From: a virus
Lineage: Duplodnaviria; Caudoviricetes
Strand: one strand, 5' to 3'
DNA length: 62,712 bases
Virus record (IMG/VR): IMGVR_UViG_3300032236_000245
Span: 1 to 62,712 of that record
A model generated the notes under the pieces. It saw only the letters and a program-made list of their open reading frames with translations. It did not search any database and was not told where the DNA came from. Shown here piece after piece: positions 25,608-33,238 of this stretch (its first letter is position 1; each line of letters opens with the position of its first letter). Made by a program: the position numbers and the translations under genes.

Positions 25608-25784
25608 ATGAGTAACTCAACCCGCAAAGCAACCAATCGGATTCTGGAGATGGTCGAGGAGGGCATGTTGGATCGCGACTACCTGATCATGGCCTGTCTC
25701 AAGTACATGAGCGAGGACGACGTGGCCGACATGGCTCACCACAACGAGATTGAATTGTTTCCAGAAGAGGAGGACGAAGCGTGA
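25608..25784 (+). CDS. Small acidic phage protein (58 aa)
   Basis: MSNSTRKATNRILEMVEEG..CLKYMSEDDVADM; GGAGG RBS. Confidence 0.7.
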   Translation: MSNSTRKATNRILEMVEEGMLDRDYLIMACLKYMSEDDVADMAHHNEIELFPEEEDEA

Positions 25785-25841
25785 CAGATGTAGCGTGGTG
25801 GATGCCGAGTTCCTATTAGCGTTTATTGAGGAGGGCGTGTA

Positions 25842-26093
25842 ATGCAGAGTGAAGTGTTGGAAGTGATTATCAAGGGCTTGGTCGAGGACGATATCAACCG
25901 TCTCAGAAAGGCTATACGTGGTACGCATGATCATCCGTATGGCAACGACGAAGAGTTGAATTGGCTGAGGCAAATCCTTGAAGAAGGTCATGTCGGCTAC
26001 GACGAGATGGATGCATCCGATCTCATCGACGAGTTCCAAGCGCGTGGCTTGGAGTTGGTGGCGCGTGAACGGAGGAACGTGATCAATGACTGA
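25842..26093 (+). CDS. Early hypothetical protein
   Basis: 83 aa, GGAGG RBS. Confidence 0.7.
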   Translation: MQSEVLEVIIKGLVEDDINRLRKAIRGTHDHPYGNDEELNWLRQILEEGHVGYDEMDASDLIDEFQARGLELVARERRNVIND

Positions 26094-26358
26094 CATGGAT
26101 AACCTAGAGGGTTCTCAGGATAGATTGATCTTTCATGAAGCGACGTTAGACGGGAAGCGAGTGGCCTATCACTCGCTGACCGAGTTCCTGATTCAGATAG
26201 GCAAGGGTAAGAGTGCGTACGTAACGCGGTACAGGATTACTGGATCGCTTGCCGAAGCATTGTTCTATTACAAGGGTATCAACATCGGGCGGGGCTACAA
26301 GAAACGCTTGTACGTGCCGTCATTCAACAAGCCCGTGCTAGCACGGCAATTTTCTTAG
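26086..26358 (+). CDS. Early hypothetical protein
   Basis: 90 aa, YYKGINIGRGYKKRL. Confidence 0.72.
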   Translation: MTDMDNLEGSQDRLIFHEATLDGKRVAYHSLTEFLIQIGKGKSAYVTRYRITGSLAEALFYYKGINIGRGYKKRLYVPSFNKPVLARQFS

Positions 26359-26367
26359 GAGGATGAG

Positions 26368-26856
26368 ATGAACATTGATCAGATGATTGCAGACGCAGTT
26401 AACCGCAAGGTGCAGGAGATCGTTGAGCGCAAGATCAACGAGGCTGTCGAGAAGGCATTGCAGATGTCCGAGCAACCGGGACAGAAGCCCATGCCGACGC
26501 CAACGGTCACTGGTTTCGCGCTACCCACGCAGCCCACGCAGATCGAACTGCCGCTGCCTAAGACTGACAAGCCCAAGAAGCATCGGTCTGGATGGTACGT
26601 GCAAGCGGGTGCATCGTCTTACCTGAGCCTGACCAACAAGCGCCTGACCGCGAAGGCCGGTACACACATAGCGCAAGTCTATGGGATCTGTGCTGAAGCG
26701 TTAGCCGCAGGGCCAGCCACACGTCGCGACGTGACACGGTTAGCCGAGGAGGCATACCCCGACTTCAGCCAAAGCACGATCTCCAGTTCGATCACGAAGT
26801 TCGTGCAAGACGGTTTGCTTGCTGTCGTCGCGGCTCCCAAGGGTCGTGGGTTCTAA
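26368..26856 (+). CDS. Putative DNA-binding protein with C-terminal winged-helix-like region
   Basis: 162 aa, TRRDVT..SQSTISSSITKFVQDGLL. Confidence 0.6.
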   Translation: MNIDQMIADAVNRKVQEIVERKINEAVEKALQMSEQPGQKPMPTPTVTGFALPTQPTQIELPLPKTDKPKKHRSGWYVQAGASSYLSLTNKRLTAKAGTHIAQVYGICAEALAAGPATRRDVTRLAEEAYPDFSQSTISSSITKFVQDGLLAVVAAPKGRGF

Positions 26857-26874
26857 TCATATGGGATGGGGGGC

Positions 26875-26903
26875 TTGACAGCCCTCCCGACATATAGTAT
26901 AGT
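26875..26903 (+). promoter_or_regulatory. Sigma70 promoter
   Basis: TTGACA-17 nt-TATAGT. Confidence 0.8.
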
Positions 26904-26934
26904 TATACTTTACTTAGTAAATAGGAGACAGGAG

Positions 26935-27849
26935 ATGGAAATGCAGAACATATCAATGCCGGAACACATCACGTCACTCGCAACGAGTGCGGTTCTGGTG
27001 AGTGTGGAGATCTCGCAGTGGACCGGCAGCGTGTCCGACGAGAAGGTGCGTGACGAGGTGGTCGCAGCCAAGGGTGCGAAGCGTACCGCGCTGTCCACGA
27101 GCAAGCACGTCATGGCCGACTGTGACGAGCATAAGATGTTGAAAGCATTTAGGACGTCGATCAGCAATGGGCTGACGCGGTTCTGCTACCCGTGGGCCGG
27201 TAGCCTGTGGGTGTTGCCTATGGCACGGCACAAGGAGTTCATGGCGTGGTACGAGGATCGTGTGAAGAAGCACGACGAGTTGTTGGCTGACCTCAAGCGT
27301 GTGTATCCCGAGTACGTCCGCAACCAAGCGTTCCAGTCCACCGGCCTGATGTTCAACATCAACGACTATCCGACGGTCGAGGAGTTGGACGAGCGGTACA
27401 CCATCAATCTGGTGCAGTTGCCCGTGCCGATGAACGACTGGCGCGTGACGGTCTCGCAAGACCTCGCTGATGACTTGCACATCCACTACACCCGCGAGGC
27501 TACCCGGATGGCGCGTCAGATCGCAGAGGAGCAGAGCAAGGAGTTCGTGACCATTGTGAAACGCCTACACGATGGCGTGGGCTATACGCAGAAGACCGAG
27601 GACGATGGCACGGTCACGGTCAAGCGCAACAAGGTGGTCGAGTCTACGTTCCAGAAGTGCATCGACCTGATCAAGACCTACGAGCAGTTCAACCCGACTA
27701 ACAGTGCGGAACTGGAAGCCGCGCGTGCGGGCTTGAGCGAAGCACTCCATGGTTATTCTTTGACTGACCTACGTGAGAGTGACAGCGCCCGAGCCAAGGT
27801 CAGTGCTGACGTGGGTGCTGTGTTGGCTAAGTTCGGTAAGCGTGTTTAA
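26935..27849 (+). CDS. DUF3150-like protein
   Basis: Start after the promoter and RBS (26935 or 26941); helical, FNINDYP motif; precedes the AAA and vWA genes. Confidence 0.6.
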   Translation: MEMQNISMPEHITSLATSAVLVSVEISQWTGSVSDEKVRDEVVAAKGAKRTALSTSKHVMADCDEHKMLKAFRTSISNGLTRFCYPWAGSLWVLPMARHKEFMAWYEDRVKKHDELLADLKRVYPEYVRNQAFQSTGLMFNINDYPTVEELDERYTINLVQLPVPMNDWRVTVSQDLADDLHIHYTREATRMARQIAEEQSKEFVTIVKRLHDGVGYTQKTEDDGTVTVKRNKVVESTFQKCIDLIKTYEQFNPTNSAELEAARAGLSEALHGYSLTDLRESDSARAKVSADVGAVLAKFGKRV

Positions 27850-27905
27850 TCCTGACGCCGTTAGGATTGTTGAGTGTGTAAACCCTACTGCATAGGAGCA
27901 GTGTA

Positions 27906-29006
27906 ATGAGCAACGTGAAGTTCCAACGTTTCGTGAAGATCGACGATGTGGCTAACCTGATCGCGGAGATCGGGCAGCACGTGACTGTGGTGGTGCGTGG
28001 CGAGCCGGGGACGGGCAAGAGTTCCATCCTCAAGTTGCTACAGCACCTGTTCGGGAATGCGTATCACTACGTGTACATCGACGTGCCAAACGTGGGCGAC
28101 GGTGACATGGTGATGCGTGTCCCTGACCGTGAGACCAAGAACATCGAAGAGTACATCTCTTCACAGTTCAAGTTGGCTGATGGCAAGCCGCTCGTCATCA
28201 TGCTCGACGAGTATCTCAAGGCGTCTAAGTTGCTTAAGCCATTGTTCACTCGCCTGATCCTTGAGCGCATGTTGGGTGACACTCCGCTGCCTGACGGTAG
28301 CATCGTGTTCGCGACGAGCAATCTGGCGTCGGACGGTGTGGGCGATACGACTCAGGCTCACGAGGGCAACCGTGTGTGCTACGTCGAGATGGCGAAGCCA
28401 ACGCACAAGGAGTGGCTGAAGTGGGCGATCAATGCCGGTATCAGCGGCACGACCCGGACCATGGTCGATCTCAAGCCATCCTTGTTCGAGTCCTATCGGA
28501 CGCTGACCGCTGAGAAGTTGAACGAGAATCCGTTCATCTTCAATCCGACCAAGCCCGAGCAGTCCGTGACGTTCTGTTCCCCACGTTCATTGCAGAAGGC
28601 AGACTTCATCGTCAAGGCGAGTCACAAGTTGCCGCCTGACGTGGTCGCCGCTGCGCTTGAGGGTGTGGTGGGTAAGCCGACCGCTGACATGTTCCATACC
28701 TTCATGATGATCGGCAAGGACCTGATGCGTACCGCTGACATCATCGCTAACCCGGATGCTGCGACGATCCCGACGAGTCCCGCTGCGACGATCATGCTCA
28801 TGCAGAATGCGGTGGACGAGTTGGAGACGCAGGACGATATCTTGAAGTGGCTCAAGTTCGTGGATCGTATTCACAACCGTGAGTACGAGAGCGTGTTCAT
28901 GTCTCTCATCTGCGAGTCCAAGCGTATGAGCGGCAAGGCGTTCCAGAACAAGCGCATCATGGAGTGGTACGAGAAGAACCACAAGGTTACCCCGGATAGT
29001 TACTAA
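27906..29006 (+). CDS. MoxR/AAA_5-type ATPase
   Basis: GEPGTGKS, MLDE, ATSN, SPRS motifs. Confidence 0.85.
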   Translation: MSNVKFQRFVKIDDVANLIAEIGQHVTVVVRGEPGTGKSSILKLLQHLFGNAYHYVYIDVPNVGDGDMVMRVPDRETKNIEEYISSQFKLADGKPLVIMLDEYLKASKLLKPLFTRLILERMLGDTPLPDGSIVFATSNLASDGVGDTTQAHEGNRVCYVEMAKPTHKEWLKWAINAGISGTTRTMVDLKPSLFESYRTLTAEKLNENPFIFNPTKPEQSVTFCSPRSLQKADFIVKASHKLPPDVVAAALEGVVGKPTADMFHTFMMIGKDLMRTADIIANPDAATIPTSPAATIMLMQNAVDELETQDDILKWLKFVDRIHNREYESVFMSLICESKRMSGKAFQNKRIMEWYEKNHKVTPDSY

Positions 29007-29028
29007 TCAATGCATATAGGAGAGCATC

Positions 29029-30273
29029 ATGTTTAAGTTATCTGCCGAAGACAAACTGCGTAAGTCCCGCAATACGATCTACACCAATCGTGGCGGGTGC
29101 ATCATGGCTCCCGTTCTGTCCATGGGTGAGTCATCCATCGTGGATGATATTCCTACGGCATGCACGAATGGCCGTGACAAACAATACGGTCGCAAGTTCA
29201 TGGAGTCCCTTGACGATATCCGCGAGGTCATCGGTGTGGACATGCACGAGGGGGCGCACATCTTACTGCGTCACATGCAGCGTCACCCTGACCTGATCGA
29301 AGAAGACTTTGATCTGTTCAACGCTGCGGCTGACTACGCTGACAACGACTTCCTGTATCAGATCCCCGGCTATGGCGTATGGTTCATATTGCCCAAGGGT
29401 CATTTGTACGACAAGAAGTTCCACGGTTGGTCGGTGCGTGAGATCTATAACTTCCTCAAGAAGGGTCAGGACAAGGACAACCCTGAGAACGATCCGCAGG
29501 ACGGTGACGAGCCGACCGACTGCACCATGCCTGACGGCAGCAAGGGTCGCGAGGTCAACGGCAAGAAGTACAAGACCGAGACGCTTGATCAGCACGACGC
29601 CAAGGGCTATCAGGACATGACGCCTGAGGAGCAGGGCAAGTTGGAGGAGCAGATCGTACAGGCGATCAACGAGGCATCCATCCTGTGTGGAGCGCAGGAC
29701 ATGAGTGCGCCACGTCAACTCAACCAAGCGCAGAACACCGAGGCCGATTGGCGTCAGGTCACGCAGGAGTTCTTCCAGAATGCAATGCGTGGGAAAGACG
29801 ATGCTACGCTGACGCGGTTCAATCGTAAGCGTCTTGTGGATGACTTGTATATGGCATCGCCGTACACCGAGCGCATGGGTCGCGTCATCATCGCTAACGA
29901 TACGTCAGGCTCCATACAAGACGAGGCACTGGTATCGTTCATGTCCCACATGGCGCGTGTCGGTGAGCAGTGTGCGCCTGACGCAATCGACGTGCTGTGG
30001 TGGGGGACGCGGGTCGTAGGCCATCAAACGCTTGAGGGTTCCTATAGCAATCTTCCATCCGTACTCAAGCCGGTGGGCGGTGGCGGCACTCACGTGTCAT
30101 CGGTTGCCGAATACATCAAAGACAACAAGATGGACGCCGACTGCGTGATCGTGCTGACCGATGGTTACGTCGAGTATAACGTGACGTGGCCGATCAGCAT
30201 CCCAACGCTGTGGCTTGTGACTGAGAATGATTCGTTCGTCCCGCCTGTGGGACAAGTTGTTAACTTCCGCTGA
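29029..30273 (+). CDS. Metallopeptidase-vWA protein (DUF2201-like)
   Basis: PTACTNG, HEGAH, DTSGS MIDAS, GGGGT, LTDGY. Confidence 0.85.
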   Translation: MFKLSAEDKLRKSRNTIYTNRGGCIMAPVLSMGESSIVDDIPTACTNGRDKQYGRKFMESLDDIREVIGVDMHEGAHILLRHMQRHPDLIEEDFDLFNAAADYADNDFLYQIPGYGVWFILPKGHLYDKKFHGWSVREIYNFLKKGQDKDNPENDPQDGDEPTDCTMPDGSKGREVNGKKYKTETLDQHDAKGYQDMTPEEQGKLEEQIVQAINEASILCGAQDMSAPRQLNQAQNTEADWRQVTQEFFQNAMRGKDDATLTRFNRKRLVDDLYMASPYTERMGRVIIANDTSGSIQDEALVSFMSHMARVGEQCAPDAIDVLWWGTRVVGHQTLEGSYSNLPSVLKPVGGGGTHVSSVAEYIKDNKMDADCVIVLTDGYVEYNVTWPISIPTLWLVTENDSFVPPVGQVVNFR

Positions 30274-30285
30274 TAGGAGAGCAAG

Positions 30286-31293
30286 ATGCTTCACAAGAAT
30301 ATTCCTGATCACATCAGGACTTCGTTTGAACGTTCCGCTTTGTGGCCGAGCGCGGCGACCATGCATGCATTCACCAAGGGTGAGTTGGCCGTCAATGCGT
30401 ACTGGGAAGATCGCCTGTGTAAACACTTGGTGATGGGTCTCGCGTCGGGTCCGAACGTGTTGTACTTCTGCCTGACTGAGGCGACTGGCGTGATGACGGT
30501 GGCGACGATTGATCGGTCGTTGGCATCGGGACACAACTCAGGGTCTACCCAGATCGGTGAGAGCAAGAATAGTAAATACTTGTTACGTTCGTTGCAGAAC
30601 AAGAACAAGGGCGCAGGTGAGAACCTACAACGCGCATTGGCGAGCGCACGGCTGTCGTTCAACAGTGTGTTGAATAACGTCGTACATAATTGGAATCAGC
30701 GTAACTGTAACTTCCCGCTGATTGATACGACGCTATCGCATAACGCGCTGCAACTTGTGTTGGACGTGTACTTCGGTCGCGCTCAAGCGTTAGACATGCC
30801 CGAGACTATCAACCACAAGTTAGTGGAGATTGATAAGTCTTTTGATAAGCGACGTGAGTGCGAGGCAGCATTCCGCACTCGTGCGACTGAGATGTTTGCG
30901 AGAGAGAAATGGTTGATCATCTATCGCAGGATGTGGACAACTGACTCATTCATGCCACCGCAGATTATTATCGGTGGAGTTAACGGACATCAGTTGAACG
31001 AGAACGTGCATCATCGTGCGTTTAAGGGCAGCGAACTATTGGGTCCGATCAACTGGACGGTCGAGCCGCAGATGTATTACGGGTACGAAAATATCGACCC
31101 GAATATTGTTGACAACATCATGGCGCGTCTGACTATGATGCGGCGTCTGCGTGATGCTTCGCATCCTGAAGCCAAGGCGTTCAAGGATCCAGAGCGGTTC
31201 TTTGCAGATGCGACGTGGATCGAACTGCCGAGCATCAACGCGATCACGGCAGAGGGTTCAGCGTATACATCGGTTATCTTAATGGACAAGTAA
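30286..31293 (+). CDS. Hypothetical protein
   Basis: 335-aa ORF with AGGAG RBS. Confidence 0.75.
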   Translation: MLHKNIPDHIRTSFERSALWPSAATMHAFTKGELAVNAYWEDRLCKHLVMGLASGPNVLYFCLTEATGVMTVATIDRSLASGHNSGSTQIGESKNSKYLLRSLQNKNKGAGENLQRALASARLSFNSVLNNVVHNWNQRNCNFPLIDTTLSHNALQLVLDVYFGRAQALDMPETINHKLVEIDKSFDKRRECEAAFRTRATEMFAREKWLIIYRRMWTTDSFMPPQIIIGGVNGHQLNENVHHRAFKGSELLGPINWTVEPQMYYGYENIDPNIVDNIMARLTMMRRLRDASHPEAKAFKDPERFFADATWIELPSINAITAEGSAYTSVILMDK

Positions 31294-31580
31294 TGACAAC
31301 ACCGGAAGGCAAGATCAAAACAAGAGTCAAGAATATTCTTGCGACACTCAATGCGTACTACGCCATGCCAATGGGTACAGGCTATGGCAATGCAGGAGTC
31401 CCTGACTTTCTTGTGTGCATCAACGGGCGGTTCTTTGGTATTGAATGTAAGGCCGGGGATAACCGCCCGACCGCGCTTCAGTTGCATAATCTAATGCAGA
31501 TACGAAAGGCGGGAGGCATTGGTCTTGTCGTCAATGAAGACAACATCGGTGAGTTAAAGAATATTCTCACCAAAGAATGA
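31293..31580 (+). CDS. VRR-NUC domain nuclease
   Basis: Start MTTPEGKIK; GVPDFL..GIECKA..PTALQ. Confidence 0.85.
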   Translation: MTTPEGKIKTRVKNILATLNAYYAMPMGTGYGNAGVPDFLVCINGRFFGIECKAGDNRPTALQLHNLMQIRKAGGIGLVVNEDNIGELKNILTKE

Positions 31581-31583
31581 TGC

Positions 31584-31690
31584 GTCGGTCAGCGTACAAG
31601 GTGTGAGTGTGCGCTATATAAAGAGCGGAGTCGTAAAGTCCCGTAACCACATCAGTCTGAGGTCAGCTCCTATTGACAGATCAGACCGAC
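31584..31690 (+). ncRNA. Candidate structured intergenic RNA
   Basis: Closing stem GTCGGTC/GACCGAC, inner stem AGCGTAC/GTGCGCT, possible pseudoknot GGTGTG/CACATC. Confidence 0.35.
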
Positions 31691-31692
31691 TG

Positions 31693-31712
31693 ACCCCCGT
31701 AAGGGGTTTTTA
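31693..31712 (+). terminator. Intrinsic terminator
   Basis: ACCCC-CGTAA-GGGGT followed by a T-rich tract. Confidence 0.6.
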
Positions 31713-31730
31713 TATTTTATGGGTGATCCA

Positions 31731-31952
31731 ATGAGTAAGCCTGAGAAGATGGGATATTGCATCAAGTGCGGTCGCCCCGGTTTAGTTCGATTAGTTAGAC
31801 GAAATAGCAGCAGCAAAATACGTATGTGGTTGTGCATACCATGTATACAGTTCAAACAAAGTTATCAGGAGACAAAGCATGAGCGAGGACGCACTGAAGA
31901 TAGCGGAGATGGCGTCGGAGATATGGCGGCTGAAGTACCTAAAGGAACGTGA
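31731..31952 (+). CDS. Possible zinc-finger protein
   Basis: CIKC...CIPC; overlaps the next gene by about 74 nt. Confidence 0.4.
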   Translation: MSKPEKMGYCIKCGRPGLVRLVRRNSSSKIRMWLCIPCIQFKQSYQETKHERGRTEDSGDGVGDMAAEVPKGT

Positions 31953-32184
31953 CACGTTCCGCGAACATCAGGAGGCGTGGAAGAAGAATAACCATCACCA
32001 CGCTGCCGAGATCGAACAACTAAAGAAAGAGATCGAAGCCATGCGCGTATTGCTAGGCGAGTCTATTCTCGCTGAGCGCGAGGCGTGTGCGAAAGTAGCG
32101 GATGAGTGGCAGACAGAAATTGATGATCCGCGATATCAATGTGACTGCGCCGAAGCCATCCGTGCGCGGGGGGAGAAGCCATGA
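31879..32184 (+). CDS. EREACAK-family protein 1
   Basis: C-terminal AEREACAKVA..AEAIRARGEKP. Confidence 0.75.
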   Translation: MSEDALKIAEMASEIWRLKYLKERDTFREHQEAWKKNNHHHAAEIEQLKKEIEAMRVLLGESILAEREACAKVADEWQTEIDDPRYQCDCAEAIRARGEKP

Positions 32185-32423
32185 CCCACGATGACATCAT
32201 TCGGATGGCGAAGGAGTCGGAGTTGTGGAACGTCATAAAGCAACATTGTCATGAATATGGCGACGGGCTACCTACACTTGGTTGCTATCCGGAACTTGAA
32301 CGCTTTGCCAACCTTGTCGCCGCCCATGAGCGTGAGGCGTTTGCGCGGGTGTGTGAGGAACACAAAGCATTGCGTTTGGCAGAAATGATTCGTGCGGGAG
32401 GAAATGAACATGAAAACTTTTGA
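32181..32423 (+). CDS. EREACAK-family protein 2
   Basis: MTHDDIIRMAKE..LERFANLVAAHEREA..MIRAGG. Confidence 0.75.
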   Translation: MTHDDIIRMAKESELWNVIKQHCHEYGDGLPTLGCYPELERFANLVAAHEREAFARVCEEHKALRLAEMIRAGGNEHENF

Positions 32424-32655
32424 TCAAATTATTGACGCAAATATGACGGTGACCGATCATTTGCTGCGAGACGCTATCTATGCCGTTATCGTGGACGCTA
32501 TCTTCGAAGCCATTGAGACTGAGCGCGAGGCGTGTGCGAAGGTGTGCGAGACGCCGATTGATGAGGTTCAAGATACGGATGACGATTCGCATTACGTTTA
32601 CATGAGCGGGTTGCAATGCGCCGCAGCCATCCGTGCGCGGGGGGAGAAGCCATGA
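32404..32655 (+). CDS. EREACAK-family protein 3
   Basis: TEREACAKVCE..AAAIRARGEKP; start 32404 or 32410. Confidence 0.72.
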   Translation: MNMKTFDQIIDANMTVTDHLLRDAIYAVIVDAIFEAIETEREACAKVCETPIDEVQDTDDDSHYVYMSGLQCAAAIRARGEKP

Positions 32656-32876
32656 CCCGCGATGACATCATTCAGATGGCGCGTGAGGCGGGTTGTGACC
32701 CGCACGATATGAGTGATGACTTTTCGTGCAATCTGCGTGATCTGGAACGCTTCGCCGCCCTTGTCGCCGCGCATGAACGTGAGGCGTGTGCATGGGTAGT
32801 TATAAACGCAGATTCGGATTTTAGAGCCATGAAAAGAATTGCCGCCCAGATCCGTGCGCGAGGAGATAAGTCATGA
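32652..32876 (+). CDS. EREACAK-family protein 4
   Basis: MTRDDIIQMARE..LERFAALVAAHEREACA..IRARGDKS; ATGA overlap. Confidence 0.75.
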   Translation: MTRDDIIQMAREAGCDPHDMSDDFSCNLRDLERFAALVAAHEREACAWVVINADSDFRAMKRIAAQIRARGDKS

Positions 32877-33127
32877 ACCGTGAAGACATTACTCAAATGG
32901 CGTGGGAGGCGCGTTTATGGATTGACGAAAAGTACAACCCGATTGCAGAAGCACTAGAACGCTTCGCCGCCCTTGTCGCCGCCCATGAGCGCGAGGCGTG
33001 TGCGAAGGTGTGTGATGAGATTCAAGAGCGATGCAGCAAACGCAACATGGGCCGGTGGCCTGAAGATTGCCCAGACGATGAAGACGGCGCTGAAGATTGC
33101 GCCACAGCCATCCGTGCGCGGGAGTAG
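32873..33127 (+). CDS. EREACAK-family protein 5
   Basis: MNREDITQMA..LERFAALVAAHEREACAKVC..AIRARE. Confidence 0.75.
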   Translation: MNREDITQMAWEARLWIDEKYNPIAEALERFAALVAAHEREACAKVCDEIQERCSKRNMGRWPEDCPDDEDGAEDCATAIRARE

Positions 33128-33129
33128 AA

Positions 33130-33234
33130 ATGAACAGGGATAACATTGGCGAAAGGCTAGGAAGTTTTATGGCGTTCGTAGCGGTTGTTTCGCTTGCGTA
33201 CGTTCTCGCCCATTTCATTTCAAAGTATTGGTGA
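33130..33234 (+). CDS. Single-TM peptide (34 aa)
   Basis: MNRDNIGERLGSFMAFVAVVSLAYVLAHFISKYW; GGGAG RBS. Confidence 0.55.
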   Translation: MNRDNIGERLGSFMAFVAVVSLAYVLAHFISKYW

Positions 33235-33238
33235 AGCC

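Noticed and set aside
31879-33127. Diversity-generating retroelement TR/VR pair
   Set aside because: No reverse transcriptase in the genome, and the differences are not adenine-specific
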